NCBI GenBank assembly: GCA_964016885.1
Contig: OZ024740.1
Span: 256,928,001 to 256,992,000 of the forward strand
Length of the DNA stretch: 64,000 bases
Direction: 5' to 3'
Origin: Eledone cirrhosa
Lineage: Eukaryota
Shown: positions 41,076 to 57,104 of the stretch, one piece after another
Layout: each line of letters begins with the position of its first letter
Numbering within the stretch: position 1 is the first letter of the stretch
Position numbers and translations under genes: made by a program
Notes under the pieces: generated by a model
The model's database searches: none
What the model saw: only the letters and a program-made list of their open reading frames with translations
What the model was told of the DNA's origin: nothing

Positions 41076-41500
41076 ATCACAGAGGCAATAAACATAAATG
41101 AACTCCAACCAAAATTAAATAGAAAACATGAATGGAACAGCAACATCACAACTTACAATTAAGGACAAAATGAAAACACACACGCACATAGAACAAACGA
41201 CCAACCAGTAACATGTAAATAAACAAATAAATAAACAAATATAAACACACACAGACACCCGGATGTAACACATGCGCAAACTAAGCACACAACACACACA
41301 AAAACAAGATGGCGTAGGACAGAACAAAGGAGAGGCACAAAAACAAAGAAAAGAATCCCAGTCACTGAAGAGGTCACATAATGTGTGACGAAAGAACTTT
41401 GACAATATATAAACCAACCAACCGGACATTTATAAATTCCTAAATTTATAAATTTATTAAAATAAATTGAAGTGAAAGCAACTGGTGCATGTGTTTCCTT
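41075..41500 (+). mobile_element. Family E terminal repeat, inverted relative to the adjacent PLE RT; minimal HHR at 41361-41403
   Basis: GTCA CTGAAGA G GTCACA-taatg-TGTGAC GAAA GAAC TT TGAC. Confidence 0.75.
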
Positions 41501-41502
41501 GT

Positions 41503-41596
<94 letters not shown>

Positions 41597-42289
41597 ACAA
41601 GGAAACGATAAAACAGGTACAAAATGTCTTATTAGTTTAAAGCTTTATATGGAAAAGGGGAGAAAGAAAGTTCGACGTGTGGGGTTTTATCCCTAAGTGT
41701 AGAATATAAATATAAAACAATATGTTCATCACTAGATCGTCTATTTTTTCTTTATTGTTCTTTTTAATGTTTCTCTCCCACTCTCAGTTGCTCTCATTCA
41801 CCCTCTGTTTCTCATCACCTTTTTTCTCTCAGTTACTCTCTATCTTCAGATCTGTCTCACCTCCACCTCTCTTCCTTTATAACCTCCTCTCTCTTCAATC
41901 ACCCCCCCCTCTTCAAGTCTTCTCTTCCTTCTCTCTCTATCTCTCTTTTACCTGTTCTCTTACCTACTCTTTCTCTCTCTCTCAGTATATCCCTCTTCAC
42001 CTATGTCCCTGTCCTCTATCCATTCTCCCTATCTTTTCTCTTCTCTCTCCCCCGTTCAGTCTTTCTTCTCTTTCTCAGACATTTATTCTTACTCTTCTCT
42101 TTTCTCCTTCTCCACTCATCTACTCTCTCTCTCTCTCTCTCTCTCACTCACTCCCCCTCTCTCTGTTAACCACGCCTTCATTATTTGATATTTTGGTATA
42201 TATTGTTTTGTTTCAGACTAGACTGATTCATTATATATTTATGTGAAGAAGACACACAGACCAACATACATACACACATTGACACCAGT

Positions 42290-42540
<251 letters not shown>

Positions 42541-44444
42541 CACAATCACCGTGTCCCAAACTTTGCACACAGTAGACCGTTGTTTCGAAAAACATTTTTA
42601 CGTGACCCATGGCAATATATAAAACAAAATAGACTTGTGTTCAGTTTCGTTGCGCGGCATCTTTGAGCAGTGTATTTTTCATGCGTATCACTCCACCTTC
42701 GCATACACTTAATTACATATATATACGCATAAACCTACACAATTACACAAATAGGCGTTCATATGCTTATACGGCTCTCTGTCAATTTCGAGTATTTATT
42801 TTTTCGACCAACTGAAGGGCTCAAACTCACCAAGTAGACCCATCGTGACAAGAGAGTCCTTTTGAAAATCAAAGACTTCTTTAACTGTAAGATAATTTCA
42901 TGTTCAGTTTATGTGTTACTGTACAAATTGGTAAAGTAGGGGCTGTTAGCCGTTATATTTTTGTTCGATGCATTGATGAGACAGAAATAGCTAGTTGAAG
43001 CTAGTCGACATGTTCTTGATTTCGTTCTTCGGAAAGAACTTTCTGTTTTAGCCGCCGCATCTAGTTATACAGGATTGAAATAAATATTATTCAAAATGAA
43101 AGAGTCGATCTTCAAATACAATACGTAACGTAGCTTTGAAAATAGAGTAAATTAATTTAAATAAACCTGACGTACCCTATTCCTGGATTAAAAAAAACAA
43201 ACAAACATTATTTCAAACCCGAGAGTAACCTTACACACTGTCTCTTTAAAAGTAGAGTGAAACTATTTAAAGAGACCTTGTGTAAATTCTGGACATAACG
43301 TTTTTTAATGGTGCTTTAGAAATTAGAGTAAAATGTTTTGAAAAACGTTATTTCAATATCGGACGTTCCGACATCATTGGACGGATGAATTTCTCTGTCT
43401 TTAGAGGCAACAGCAAAGCCGGGCGTATTTTCCTTAAAGAAACTCAATGGCTATATGTGCATGACCAGCGCAATGTCTCCAGTTGGGATATATTGATTGT
43501 GGTAAAACCGGCGCAGGGATGTGCGCTACGGAGATGTATATGTCTATGATACGCTGTAAATCAGCACCCTCATGACCGTAGAAGGTCAAGGGAAAAGAGA
43601 AATGACATATAAACACACAATCAATGTTGGGTACATATTTTTACAACATTTCGACCCGCACAAAACAAGCTCACGTCACGGTCCTGTTCTTTCCGTGCAT
43701 TTCTTTTTAATCACACTTCACCATGCTTATGGCGACCTCGATTCGGGTGTACAGTGCTAATTGTTTACCAATGGCGGCTTATTCAATCACCAGCGTTTTA
43801 AATCCCAAACCCTTGTCAATGATAGCTGAGGCTGCTACATCTGTTGCAACATCTACCTTAGAAGCGTACGAACTTGTAATTGGGTTCTGTAATGCGAGTA
43901 AAGCTTTCAGTTTATCCATCAGCATTACAAAAACTTACATCATCCACAATCCAAGTCCCACCCCAATACAAATCAGAGATATACAACACCAACACCAGTT
44001 CATCAGTTCCCTACTATTCCCAACCTCATCGATAGGAAACACCTGAAATATTCAGAGATTTTTAGACATCTGGCGAGCAGAATGATCTCAGGTGCCTCAA
44101 TTAAAGCTGAAATAGTTAACCATACAGGGAAAGTTGCAAATGCTTTCAGTAAACTTTAGCATCGCCTAAGGAGAATCTCATTAGAAAGAAAAAATAATGT
44201 CTACTGAGATTCTAGATCGGAACCGTGTCGCCTATCATACTGACCAGCTTGATGTCTTTCATAAGCGATGCCATCAAACTATTTACAGATACAACTTACG
44301 TGACAGAATTTCAAATATTAACCTATTCTGTTTGAGTAAAATCCTTTCCTCTGCAATCTCACTGAGGATAGATTGGCTATATCAGATATACACACACGCA
44401 CACACATATATGTGTGTATGTGTGTGTGTGTATGTGAAAATGTC

Positions 44445-44542
44445 GGGACCCCGACGGCTGAGCTCATGCCGTTTCAACAGCTAGTTCCGAACTGAATCGT
44501 GGTGTTTTGGCGGCAAAAATAGTTGACGTTATCAGGGGAGCA
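44445..44542 (-). ncRNA. Family J HHR copy (CTGATAA core, probably impaired)
   Basis: ccc CTGATAA .. GAAA CGGCATGAGCTCAGCCG TC GGGGT on the minus strand; homologous to 46365-46460. Confidence 0.55.
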
Positions 44543-45294
44543 ACGATGTCAAAATATGGGCATACACTTTATACATAAGTCGTTAAGAAAGTATCTAGTT
44601 TATTAGGGAAGTGGTCAGTTTTGTGTACATGTGTTTATATGTACGTATAAACATATGTACCCCCCCCCCCCCCCCGGAAAGCTGACCAGGCAGAAGGAGC
44701 AACACGAAATGAAATATTTTCCTCAACATCTTAACGTGCCAACCGGTCCAGGAATCAAACATCTGACCTTGTAATTGTGGGACCAACATCTCACCCACGT
44801 GGCTTCACATATACAAAACAACCAATCCTATAACACTATTCACCAACCAGAACCTTAATGGATAAATACTGGTTTATTCGAAATATCGCAGTTTTCTCAG
44901 GGAAATTATAATAGTTTCAAAACAGTAATGTGTATTTTTCAAAAACATGTTTACTGCACTTAAAATTCCCGACCTCCTCACCCCACCTCGTTCTGCTTAT
45001 TTCTACTCTTATTCCTCGTCAACCTCCTCTTTCCGTCGATTCAGTCCACTACAGTTACTTCCGGTTTACTACTCCATTTTACATCGGATACACGCTGCAT
45101 CCGTTTGTAGGAGTCGCCTGTTTACAATAGAAATCAAAGGATTGGTGTGGTATTTTGTATTTGTTTGTGAAAGAGTACATAAACATACCAAGACACACAC
45201 AAACAAACACTTATAAACCTATACTCACTCACTTTGTACACATCCCGAGATATGCATATAGCTATTGTATAACTATATAAGTGTACATAAATAT

Positions 45295-45398
<104 letters not shown>

Positions 45399-46089
45399 CG
45401 CGCGCGCGTGTGTGTGTATTAAAGAGAGTCATATTACATCCTAGTTAGTTTCTCAATTGATATATCTCAATATAAGATTATTTTATATTATTGATGCTCT
45501 GAACAGAAGTTTATTGGGATTTTACTGAGTAACATTATCAGTGAATATTTCATATGCATTGATGAAACTTAGAATTAAGTTATTTCTGTTCCTAATTTCT
45601 CTAAATTAGTTTTGAGCTGACTGAAATGGATTCGCCTGGAGCCCTTTCTAGCACTCCATTAAGATTTGTCCTGTTTACCTACCCAGCTATATATACTTCG
45701 TTATATTTACACTACGAGGAAAACATTTAAATCATTTTTTCCAATGGTAGAAACTACAAATTTAACACAACGCGAGATATATATGTATTTTAGTGAAGAC
45801 TTAAACAGACTGTTAAAGAGTTTCATGGTCTTGATTGAGGTTCACCTTAATTTGATAAGTAATCAATGGTGAACATTAAATTCTCTGATTCTCAGAAACA
45901 GATCTGTATATGATAGGATGGTCATATTTGGAAGTACCTCCATTTAAATATAACATAATCATTATGTGAGTAATGTTTTTATTTAACATCTAAAATTGTA
46001 TTTGTTATATATGTATATATGTATTAAATACTAGTTTCTCAGTTGATATATCTCAAAATATCGTTACAAAATATTTCATACATATACAA

Positions 46090-46475
46090 CAACGAATGTG
46101 TGGTAAGATACCAGGTGGACTATAACGCACCAGAGCACTCAATATTTAGGATAGTAGATCGGGTAATAGGAAAAGAGTCAGGACCCCGATGGCTGGGCTC
46201 CGGCTGATCCCGCGCCGCTATGAAGGAATTTAACTATGTATACAGCATCCCTGATCATTGACCACTCCTTTTGACAGACAAGAAAAAGAACGACCTTTTA
46301 TGATTTTTTGCTTAGATACTTTTCCTTTTTTTTTGGTTTGACTGCATGCTCATAAAAGGACTGTACCCCTTGATAAGTTCAGCTAGATTCCTGCCGTTAT
46401 AATACTGGTGGATTTGTTCGGATCTAGCTGTCGAAACGGCTGGAGCTCAGCCGTCGGGGTTCTGACTCTTTTCCT
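46090..46475 (+). mobile_element. Family J element with an inverted 5' piece; further fragments at ~53855-53925 and 56160-56345
   Basis: aggaaaagagtcaggaccccga (46168) is inverted relative to tcggggttctgactcttttcct (46454). Confidence 0.7.
46365..46460 (+). ncRNA. Type I hammerhead ribozyme with a U3-A8 compensated core
   Basis: ACCCC TTGATAA gttCAGCTAGATTC..GGATCTAGCTGtc GAAA CGGCTG-gagct-CAGCCG TC GGGGT; cleavage predicted after 46455. Confidence 0.82.
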
Positions 46476-46493
46476 ATATATATGTATGTATAT

Positions 46494-46600
<107 letters not shown>

Positions 46601-46654
46601 AAAATTAAAAATAAGGGTTGTCACATGTCTAAGAGACATGCGTCATATCCATAT

Positions 46655-46750
<96 letters not shown>

Positions 46751-46769
46751 CTTTGATAGGTTTCGGCCA

Positions 46770-48290
46770 GTATTGGGCCAAGCCATGTCTAACTTAATAG
46801 CACCGCCTGGCTAAGTCTTACAAATCAGTGTTTGGGCACCATGGTCCACTCGAGTAGAGAGTTAATGTTTACGGAGGCATATCCGGGTGTAGGAGACTTA
46901 TCCACGATTTCTTTAAGACTTCTTGAACTTGATGGGGTCTGTCTCTGCTTTGATGTGTCTTGGTGTAATGTTAAAGAGTGCAGGGCGAATTGAGGTGAAT
47001 TGAGGTGTTGTTATGTGATGCGAGTGAGATTTTTGTCGTGGGCGTATAGCACGAGGCCCAAGCCTTGGGTGTACACTAAAGGTGATGCCAACATCATTTG
47101 TTCAAAGCTGATGGAATATTTTCCACAACATACAGATAATGTAGCGCTCACGGCGACGTTAGAGAGAATAAAGTTTGAGCGTTTCTAATGACCCCAATAG
47201 TCAAGGCCTGTCATGCCATCTATCTTTTTTGTAATTGAGCTTTGGGGTGCTTCAACTTTCATGATACTTTGTTTCGTGTGGGGTGACCACAGTGGACAAC
47301 AGTATTCAAGGTGGGGTCGGGCAAAAGTGGAGAAGAGAAGGATAACTGTGTGGATATCTCTCGACTGGAAAGTTCTAAGAATCCAGGAACACATTCTGCG
47401 GGCCATATCAACTTTGCTGTTTTTATGAGTGGCCCAGCTTATTGTTGTTGTCCACAATTACTCCCAGGTCTCTGCTGTTATTGGATGCCACTAGAGTTTC
47501 ACCTGAAGGAAAAGAGTATGGTAGTTTCAGGGCATCCTTTTTTCCAAAGTGGATTAATTCAAATTTATCTTCATTCAACAGCATATTATTCATTTCTGCC
47601 CATTGGATAACAGCCGGTAGGTCTGACTGAAGGCAAGTCCGGTCACCCACCTCATTGATGACCCTTTGGAGCTTGGAATCGTCTGCGAAGATTCTGATGT
47701 TGCTGTGCTTGATGATGTCAGTAATATCATTAATGTAGATGATGAAAAGAAGTGGGCCCAACACAATGCCTTGTGGGACGCCACTGCTGACTTTGACAGG
47801 GCTTGATTTTACTCCTTCGACTACAACATGCTGGGTTCTGCCTGTCAGGAAACATTTGATCCAATGTAGTAACCTTCCAGAGACACCAACATTGGATAGT
47901 TTTTTTCAGTAGAATCTTATGATCAACCCTGTAGAAGGCCTTGCTGAAGTCAAGGTAGATGACATCAGTGTTGGAGCCCTCTCCCAAGGCTCTCAAAACA
48001 TCGTCAAAGTGATGCAGGAGCTGCGTTAGGCAGTCCCTTCCATTACGGAACCCATGTTGGTTGGAGTTCAGCAGGCCGTTGCTTTCAAGAAAGTGGGCTA
48101 TTCGTGATCCCACCACCTTCTCAAATACATTGATAATATGAGAGGTGAGTGAGATCGGACGGTAGTTCACTGCAAGGGACTTATTTCCCTTTTTGAAGAC
48201 TGGAACAACGGACTGGGACAGAAAGTTTTCCCGAATATAGCCAGTGTCCAGTGAGTTCCTCCACAGATTAGCAAGAGGAGATGCAAGTTG
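46770..48290 (-). mobile_element. Degenerate CR1-like LINE RT fragment
   Basis: NYRPISLTSH, NQHGFR, IYLDFSKAF, LGPLLF, FADD, RPHLEYC..LWSP; multiple frameshifts. Confidence 0.88.
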
Positions 48291-49085
48291 GAAGCATGGA
48301 ACCTACCAGGGCCTACTGCTGAATTGTGTTTAATTTCGTTTATTGCCGCTAAGACATCAGGTGTGCCAAGCGTTATGTCTGATATAGTGTGTTGGGGATT
48401 AACATCACTGATACGTTCTTGGAACCCACAAGTGTCACCCGTTGCTCCATCTCCCCTAATAGTTTACCGTTATTTTTCCGGGGTTGCTTATTCGACCGGC
48501 AATTTCCCGCTAATAACGCAACTAGCTATCATGCCTGGTGGCCATATCGCCATCCGCCACCTGCGACCTGTTGTCTAGTAGAACGGTTCTGTCGAGAAAG
48601 TTATTGTAGTGTTATAGACGCCTAGCCAAATGGTTAAGAAGTTCGCTTAGTAATCATGAGATACTGGGTTCAATTCTACTATGCGTTATCGTAAGTTTTA
48701 TTTACCATTGCCTCGGGTCAATCAAGTAAAGAAGTTTGAAGGCTGTTTTATGGATTTTGCCCTTAAATAAATGATCTGGCTTTATCAAACAATATCTCAC
48801 GCTGTATCTCCTGAATCATTACGTTATGTTTCCACGTATCTGTGGAATGCTCAGTCACTTATACGTTAATTTGTCAAATAATTTGTTCTGTTGTTAGAAC
48901 ACATATAGCCGAAACCGACTGGGGTGTAATATATATATATTGGCAACATGACCCTCCCAAATTATAACAATATATATATATAAACAAATAGTAAAAAGGA
49001 AAAAATACAGTAAAACATGCTGGAGGGATTTTTTCAGTATATCAAAACATTTATTAATAAAGTGGGTATTTCTGCATTTAATTGT

Positions 49086-49119
49086 GGTACCGGTTTCAAC
49101 ATTATATGCTTTTTCAACG
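49086..49119 (-). ncRNA. Minimal HHR candidate with U3-A8 core
   Basis: TTGAAAA AGCAT-ata-ATGTT GAAA CCGG TA, with AATAAA downstream; stem I is poor. Confidence 0.4.
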
Positions 49120-50269
49120 GCAGGAAGTGAAAAGTGCAGTTAAGTTGCATATTTATACGAACAATAATAAAATGGAGAAGAAAAATTATTAGTTTTTACA
49201 TACATATTTAAAGAGGAAAGTTCATGTCTATGTCAGAGGTTATCCTTCGTTCTCTGCTATTGACCAACAGAGGTAGTAGTATTTTTTTATATATATATCT
49301 ACATATATCTTTTCAATGTTTTCTTGTAAAATTTCGTTGTTTCTGTGGGGAGAAAGAAGAATTGGCAGATGTGAGTAACTGTGTCCCCGTGTATATGTGC
49401 GCTCATACGTATGTGTGTATGTATTGTACACTTCCGTCAAGTACCATATATAACCACTCAGTAACATAAGGTAACAATATATTTCATAAGAGCTTCTAAA
49501 AGCTAGGTCAAATGTTAGAGAAATATACTGAAATTCAAAAAAAATTAATGAAATAGTCAAAACGATTTCAAAACGGCCTTCTTGTGAAGTATGGGATCCG
49601 GTCTAAAATTGCAAGTGTGGTGGTGTATATTATAGTTTATCACGTGGGTTGCTGTGCTTTGAAAACAATATTTATTTTAAATATGTGTCTGACATGCCCT
49701 CTTATGAACTATGAGACCAAGTCTAAAATTGCAATTGTAGTTGTGTGAATTATATTTTAACTCGTGTATTATTGCGCCTTGGGAACAGGTTTTCTATCAA
49801 ATATGTAATATTTAATACACGATTTTACTCTAGTGGGATTATTTCTATTAAGTAATTTTCATATTTTCTTAAAGGTTCTTTATGTTGAGTGTGAATAGCC
49901 CTTCTAAATTCATGTAATTATTAACGTTTCGAAGTTTTCACATGTCAATTTTTTTAATGAGAATGTTCATCTCATATATATTTGTTTCTACTTTAGGCAC
50001 AAGGCCAGCAATAACCCAGTTCATTACTGGTACTTTATTTTATCGACCCCGTAAGGATGAAAGGCAAAGTCAACCTCATCTCATATATATTGATTACATG
50101 ATATACAGTGTGCGTGTGCATGTGTGTGTGAGGGGTGTATGTGTGTGATGTATGTTTGTTTGCTTGTTTGTTTATTATGTGTGTGTGTGTGTGCATATAT
50201 GTGCATGTATTTATATATAGTTCCATGGCTCTGTTACTGTAGATTTGGATTGAGGATGGAAATACCACA

Positions 50270-52481
50270 CCTCAGGTGTGGTATCAGAAATGACTGCTAG
50301 GGGGGGGGGGTACTTACAAGCCCCCGACTCTCAGGATGGGTGATGGACTGGATCCTATTAGGAGAGAGGATTTGTCTCTTGAAGCTTAAGCTGAAAGATT
50401 GGTCTCTGTGGGTGGTGCAATTTATGCACCAAACAAGGAGTCCGAATACAGCTCCTTCCTTCATGAAGTCAATGCAGCGTCAGATGTAGTTAAGACCGAG
50501 TCATATATCTTGACATGGAAATGAGTGATTGTAAGGAATGGCGACTCATTTATAAACAACTTTTTCCAGCACAGAGACATCCAAATACATGGTATAAGGG
50601 GAAACAGGGACAAATATCAATCGATTTTGTATTGTGTCTGATCTCTTTGATTCTGAGCTGGATATTCATGCTAAGAAAGGAGCTGAGCTGTCAACTGATC
50701 ACAATTTAGTTATTTGAAACTTGAGACTACCTAAAGACAAAGAAGCCCACAAACCTGGCAGATCCAGGTGGCCTACAGGATGAAGTAGGAAACATTGGTG
50801 GAAAAGGAAATCAGGACCATGTATACAGATACTATTTCATCAAATTCATAAAACTTCCTAAGCAAACTGAGGGGCGATATGACAGAGTGGAGATTCTTCA
50901 GCGCAGCAGTTTCTGCTTCTGCTGTTGAACGCTACGGTGAAAGAGTCTTGGTGTGGCGCCGGATGGCAGGTAGACCCCTTGGATCAATCAAGGAGTCAAA
51001 ATGCCATCCGAGCGAAGGAGGCTTACAAAACCTGGTTTCGAAATAAGTACTCTTTCTTGCACGAAATATCGCAGCAGAGACAGTAATGGCGTCCAAAATT
51101 AAGACATGTGAAGACTTTGGGGTTAAGCTGGAATCCGACTTCATATCAACAAATAAAGTGTTCTGGCAACTACCCGCCGACTTCATAAGAATCCCACCTC
51201 CACACCTGCTTCAAGAACGCGCCTGGGGTTCTCATCTTTTCTCCTCTAACAATGTGGTTTTTGCCCCGGACACCGCACAGCCGACCAAATATTCACACTG
51301 CGGCAGGTATTCGAGAATTCGTGGGTGTATTGCCAAGAGGTTCATCCTCGTATGGTGTAGAGAATACTTTACTAATTTCCTAAACCCGATCACAACAGCA
51401 TCTTCGGGTGTACACGAGGTGCATTTGGGAACGGTGACTAATCTCTCAGAAGCTGAGTTCACAAGAGTATTTAAAGAGCTCACGTGTGGTAAAGCCGGAA
51501 TAGAAGATGAAAACCGGCCGGAGATGTTAAAAGCCTTAAATAGAGAAGGTATTCTCTGACTGACTCGTGTTTGCTGAGAGGCATAGATCTCTGGAAAGGC
51601 ACCTAAGCAATGGCAATCGCGAATGATCATCCCATATTCAAAAAGGGAGACAAGAGAGATTGTTCCAGTTACAGGGGCAATCCCCTTGTTAAGCCTCCCT
51701 AGTAAAGTCTATGCTAAGTGTGTGGTAAAAAGATGAAGGGAGATAGATGAGTCCAAGCTATCTAACAATGAGGTTTTTGCCCCGGACGCCGCACAGTTGA
51801 CCAAACATACACTGCGGCAGGTATTCGAGAATTCGTGGGTGTATTGCCAAGAAGTAAATTCTTGTTTTGGCGCATTCATCGGGATCTGCTGCGGAAGGTA
51901 GTGCAGGAGTATGGGATCGACGGTTAGTTTCTTTTTGTCCTGATGTCTCTATACAAATGCTGGAGTATTTGTGTTCAGATAAATGGTGCTAAATCAAATC
52001 CATTCAATGTGGGAGTCGGACTCCGCCAAGGGTGCATACTGTCATCTCTCCCTTGTCATTATTTACATGAACAGGATTGTCATGCACAGCTGAGTTGGAA
52101 GTGGTATCGTGACTGGCGGGTGTAAAATCAGTCGGCTGGAATTTGCAGACGACATGATGTTATTCGACAGAAGGGGATATCCGACTTACACTTGAGAGGT
52201 TCGATGCCGAGTGCTGCAGGACTGGAATGAAAATCACTGCTGCGAAAACTGAGACGTTCATCTTCTCAAGGAAGCCTGCGCAGTGCACTCTATATTATAT
52301 GTACATAAAGTTCCACTGAAGCTGGTAGAGAAATTCAAATATCTCGGGACCGTGTTCTCGACTGCTGGATAGCAGGAGGCTGAATTAAGTACATGAATTG
52401 CAAAATCTGTGCCGTAATGCGTCACCTTCAGCATTCAGTAATCAGAAGGAAGGTAGGCGTGAAAGACAATCTCGCTATCTT
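50270..52481 (+). mobile_element. Heavily degenerate RTE-like LINE (APE endonuclease remnant + RT), ending at the gap
   Basis: Remnants of VVQFMH/YAPN, SIDF, STDHNLV, GKAG.DE.RPEMLK, PIFKKGD..C..YRG, GVGLRQGCILS, FADD, EKFKYLG. Confidence 0.75.
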
Positions 52482-52681
52482 NNNNNNNNNNNNNNNNNNN
52501 NNNNNNNNNNNNNNNNNNNNNNNNNNNNNNNNNNNNNNNNNNNNNNNNNNNNNNNNNNNNNNNNNNNNNNNNNNNNNNNNNNNNNNNNNNNNNNNNNNNN
52601 NNNNNNNNNNNNNNNNNNNNNNNNNNNNNNNNNNNNNNNNNNNNNNNNNNNNNNNNNNNNNNNNNNNNNNNNNNNNNNNNN
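52482..52681. other. Assembly gap (200 N)
   Basis: Seen directly. Confidence 1.
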
Positions 52682-53719
52682 GTTAGCTATTATTTGCTCA
52701 TACTTATGCAACCACATATAGCGTCGAATTGGCAAAGCGCCGCAGTCAACTACCCTTCACCCTTTCGAAGTCGATAAAAAACAGTACCAGTCTAGTACTG
52801 GGGTCGATTCTCCCTCTATATTTCTTTCTCGCTTCATTTCTCTCAGTTTCTATCCTTCCCTAGAAGAAATCTGCTGTATTCAGTACTGGAGAGAGATGTT
52901 CTCCATTAGGTTTCAAAGATCATACCATGCTACTAGCCTCGACTATACTGTAGATACCACCAAATTACTACAACTACCATGCCATAAACACTACACCACC
53001 ATTTCACAGATAGATTCCATTTTAGTTACCATTTCCAAGGTTATCTAACTTATGCTGCTGCTACATCATAAACCTACGTAACGTAACATCCAGAATCTTT
53101 ATTTGATACATAATTATCACTGAATTTATGTATCTACTTGTTTATTTATATTTACATCTCTAAATTTTCCTTTCAATCTTTCTTTTTCCCGTTTTTTTGT
53201 ATCTTTTTTTCTCTCTTCGTTTGTTTGTTTGCTGCTGTCTCTTTTCTCTCTCTTTCCTCTTTATTCTTTCTTTCTTTCTTTATTCTCTGGAAGTTAGGAA
53301 ACATCCTTCACCCTACACACACTTTAGAATAAAAAAGGTGGGTGGGGCACTGCGTGTTCGTTTTATCAACTAAAATTAGCAGCAAAATCACCTCCACATC
53401 ACATCCTGCTGTTGTAAAAAAACAATAGAAGCATAGATAGGATAATGATTTCATTTATTAGCCGACATGTAGGGGACAAGGGCCGACATGTAGGGGACAT
53501 AGGATAATGAAGTCTTACATATGATATGTTTGGATAAATAAACACGAAGACAACAACCAATACTAACAACATAGAAGACTCATACAAGCACACACATAGA
53601 TACATACAGCGGCGGGCTGGTAATATTTTTTTCGTCTTTCAGTGTCCTTACCCGATTTTTATTAAAAAAACTTTTATAACAACTGACTGTAATTGCAGTT
53701 CTCGTTTCTGCGCCTGACG

Positions 53720-53774
53720 TTTCTTCTTCTTCTTCTTCTTCTTCTTCTTCTTCTTCTTCTTCTTCTTCTTCTTC
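53720..53774. repeat. (TTC)n microsatellite
   Basis: Seen directly. Confidence 0.95.
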
Positions 53775-53930
53775 AGTTTAAAACTAGTTTGACCATTACC
53801 CAACAGTCTACTCGGCACTTGTGGTAGTAGCGTAAGTTTATATTAAAACAATTCGGGATCCGTCGGCTGAGCTCTTGCTGGAACTAGCCGTTGCAATGGC
53901 AAGAGCTCAGCCGTTGGCTCTCGCCCCTTT

Positions 53931-54013
<83 letters not shown>

Positions 54014-54985
54014 CACACACACACCACACACACACCACACACACACACCTATATATAAATAAAAAACGTTATTGCTCCAATCTGTCCTCAAAACACAGAG
54101 CAAACACCTCCGAGCGCCAAACTGCAGTCATGATTCCCCATGAACCAATCCGCAACCCACCCACCAAATACAGTAAACCGAAAGCGGACTGCAACAGCCA
54201 CCAAATGGGGAAGACCGACCTTATCAAGCTGCAGCTGTTATATCATGTACGTCCTATATAATAAATCAAATAACACTATTATCATCTGCAACGACTACGA
54301 CACCATTGCGTAGTACGGCGAGCTCTACCTCCCTATGTACAGTTTTGAGTACACAAGAAAGAAAAATGTAATCTTCATATAATGCGGAAGTGTTCATTAA
54401 TTTTCATTACTAACGGTTTCAAAACGAAAGCACGTCTAAAACAATCAGGTGCGTTTTGAAAAAATAAAAAAGCTGCTTCTTTTCTTCTCTTTCCCCTTCT
54501 CCTACTCGCCGCTCTTCCTTGTCACTTCCACTAGCTGCCACTCCGCAACGCCAGGGCTTTTGTTGGCCTTTCTAGCGGCGACTTTGTGCCGATAGGACGC
54601 ATTTTACGACTCTCTCTCTCTGATCTGTCTGTCTGTCTATCTAATTTTTCCGTTTTATAATGCAAACATCATACCAACAGAAATATTTACTTTTCTGTTG
54701 CACGAGCCGGCAATTACAGGTGGTACTCAGGAATTAAATCGTGTGAATCCATAGTCGGTTTGAGAGCTGAAGAGATTTAAAATATTTGTGTGATCTTGTC
54801 TCGTTCATTTCTACCTTTGTTCCCTTCTTCCTATCACTTCTGCGGGCCAACACACTTCTAGCCACTGATTTCTATCATTTGACGTAAATTTTACCCGACG
54901 CTGGCATTGGCGGCATTTTGCTGTTTTAACAACTATTCTCGCATTGATTTTTTTTTATTATTATTCTATGTTTATTATATATATG

Positions 54986-55064
<79 letters not shown>

Positions 55065-55106
55065 GAGGGGCTGGTAGAGTGATAAAAAGAGGGAGGATTA
55101 TCTATC

Positions 55107-55191
<85 letters not shown>

Positions 55192-55498
55192 GTGTAATAA
55201 TGGGGAGACGCAGTGCAATTAGTGATCAGATGGCGCTGCAATCGATGGCTTAATGAGCAAATAGCGTGTGTTTTGGCCGGACGTCATTGGGGTTTAGCAG
55301 TCTTGCTGTCTCCACTCAATAGACTATATTGGTAGTAAGGTTAATGGTTGTTCATACTGACATACATATATACATACATACGCACATAGATACATATATA
55401 CGCACTCCGCTACATTATAAAACACAAATACATATATATACATAAATATATACGCATAGCCATACGTACATACATATAAAACAGACTTATTTGCTTGC

Positions 55499-56160
<662 letters not shown>

Positions 56161-56186
56161 TATGGTTCCTTACCACAATTCCTTCG

Positions 56187-56218
<32 letters not shown>

Positions 56219-56435
56219 CGAAGGAATTGTGGTAAGGAACCAGATGGCCCATAACGCACCAAATTACTCAACACTTAGGGTAGTAGAGTGGGTAATGGGT
56301 ATAAGTATGACCCCGACGGCAGAGCTCAAGCCGTTTCGACGCCTATTTCTGGACTATTTTTTCTGGTCTAACATTTTCCTATATATATATAGCGAGAGAA
56401 AGAGAGAGAGAGAGATGTGTATATGTATATATGTT

Positions 56436-56468
<33 letters not shown>

Positions 56469-56469
56469 T

Positions 56470-56512
<43 letters not shown>

Positions 56513-56909
56513 TGGTGGGTGAGTGTGCTTGTGTGAATATATACACAAACATCATTTGACCAAGGGAACTTTGATCATGTAGTTCAAACGGATAAGTGGG
56601 CATAGTGTATGGATAATGGGGGGGGGGGGGGATTGAGTGATGGCTGGAGGAGAGGGATAAAGAGATTGAATGAATGAAGAAAGAAAGGAATAGAAACTAA
56701 GAGTGGCGAAGAAAGGATGGGTTGACCACGCCTTTACCTATACAAAACACTCCATCAATGAGGGAGTATTTACATCTTACGAGACCTGCTAGAAATAAAC
56801 AAATCTCTCGCAAATCCAAACAATTCTACAATGGACTAAACCAAATGTAGAACCTTTTGAATTTCGGAATTGGCTCTTCGTTTCCTCTATCAACAAACTC
56901 CCCCCACTC

Positions 56910-57104
<195 letters not shown>

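Noticed and set aside
53461-53499. Duplicated GCCGACATGTAGGGGACA as a regulatory site
   Set aside because: A single 21-bp-period duplication with no other support.
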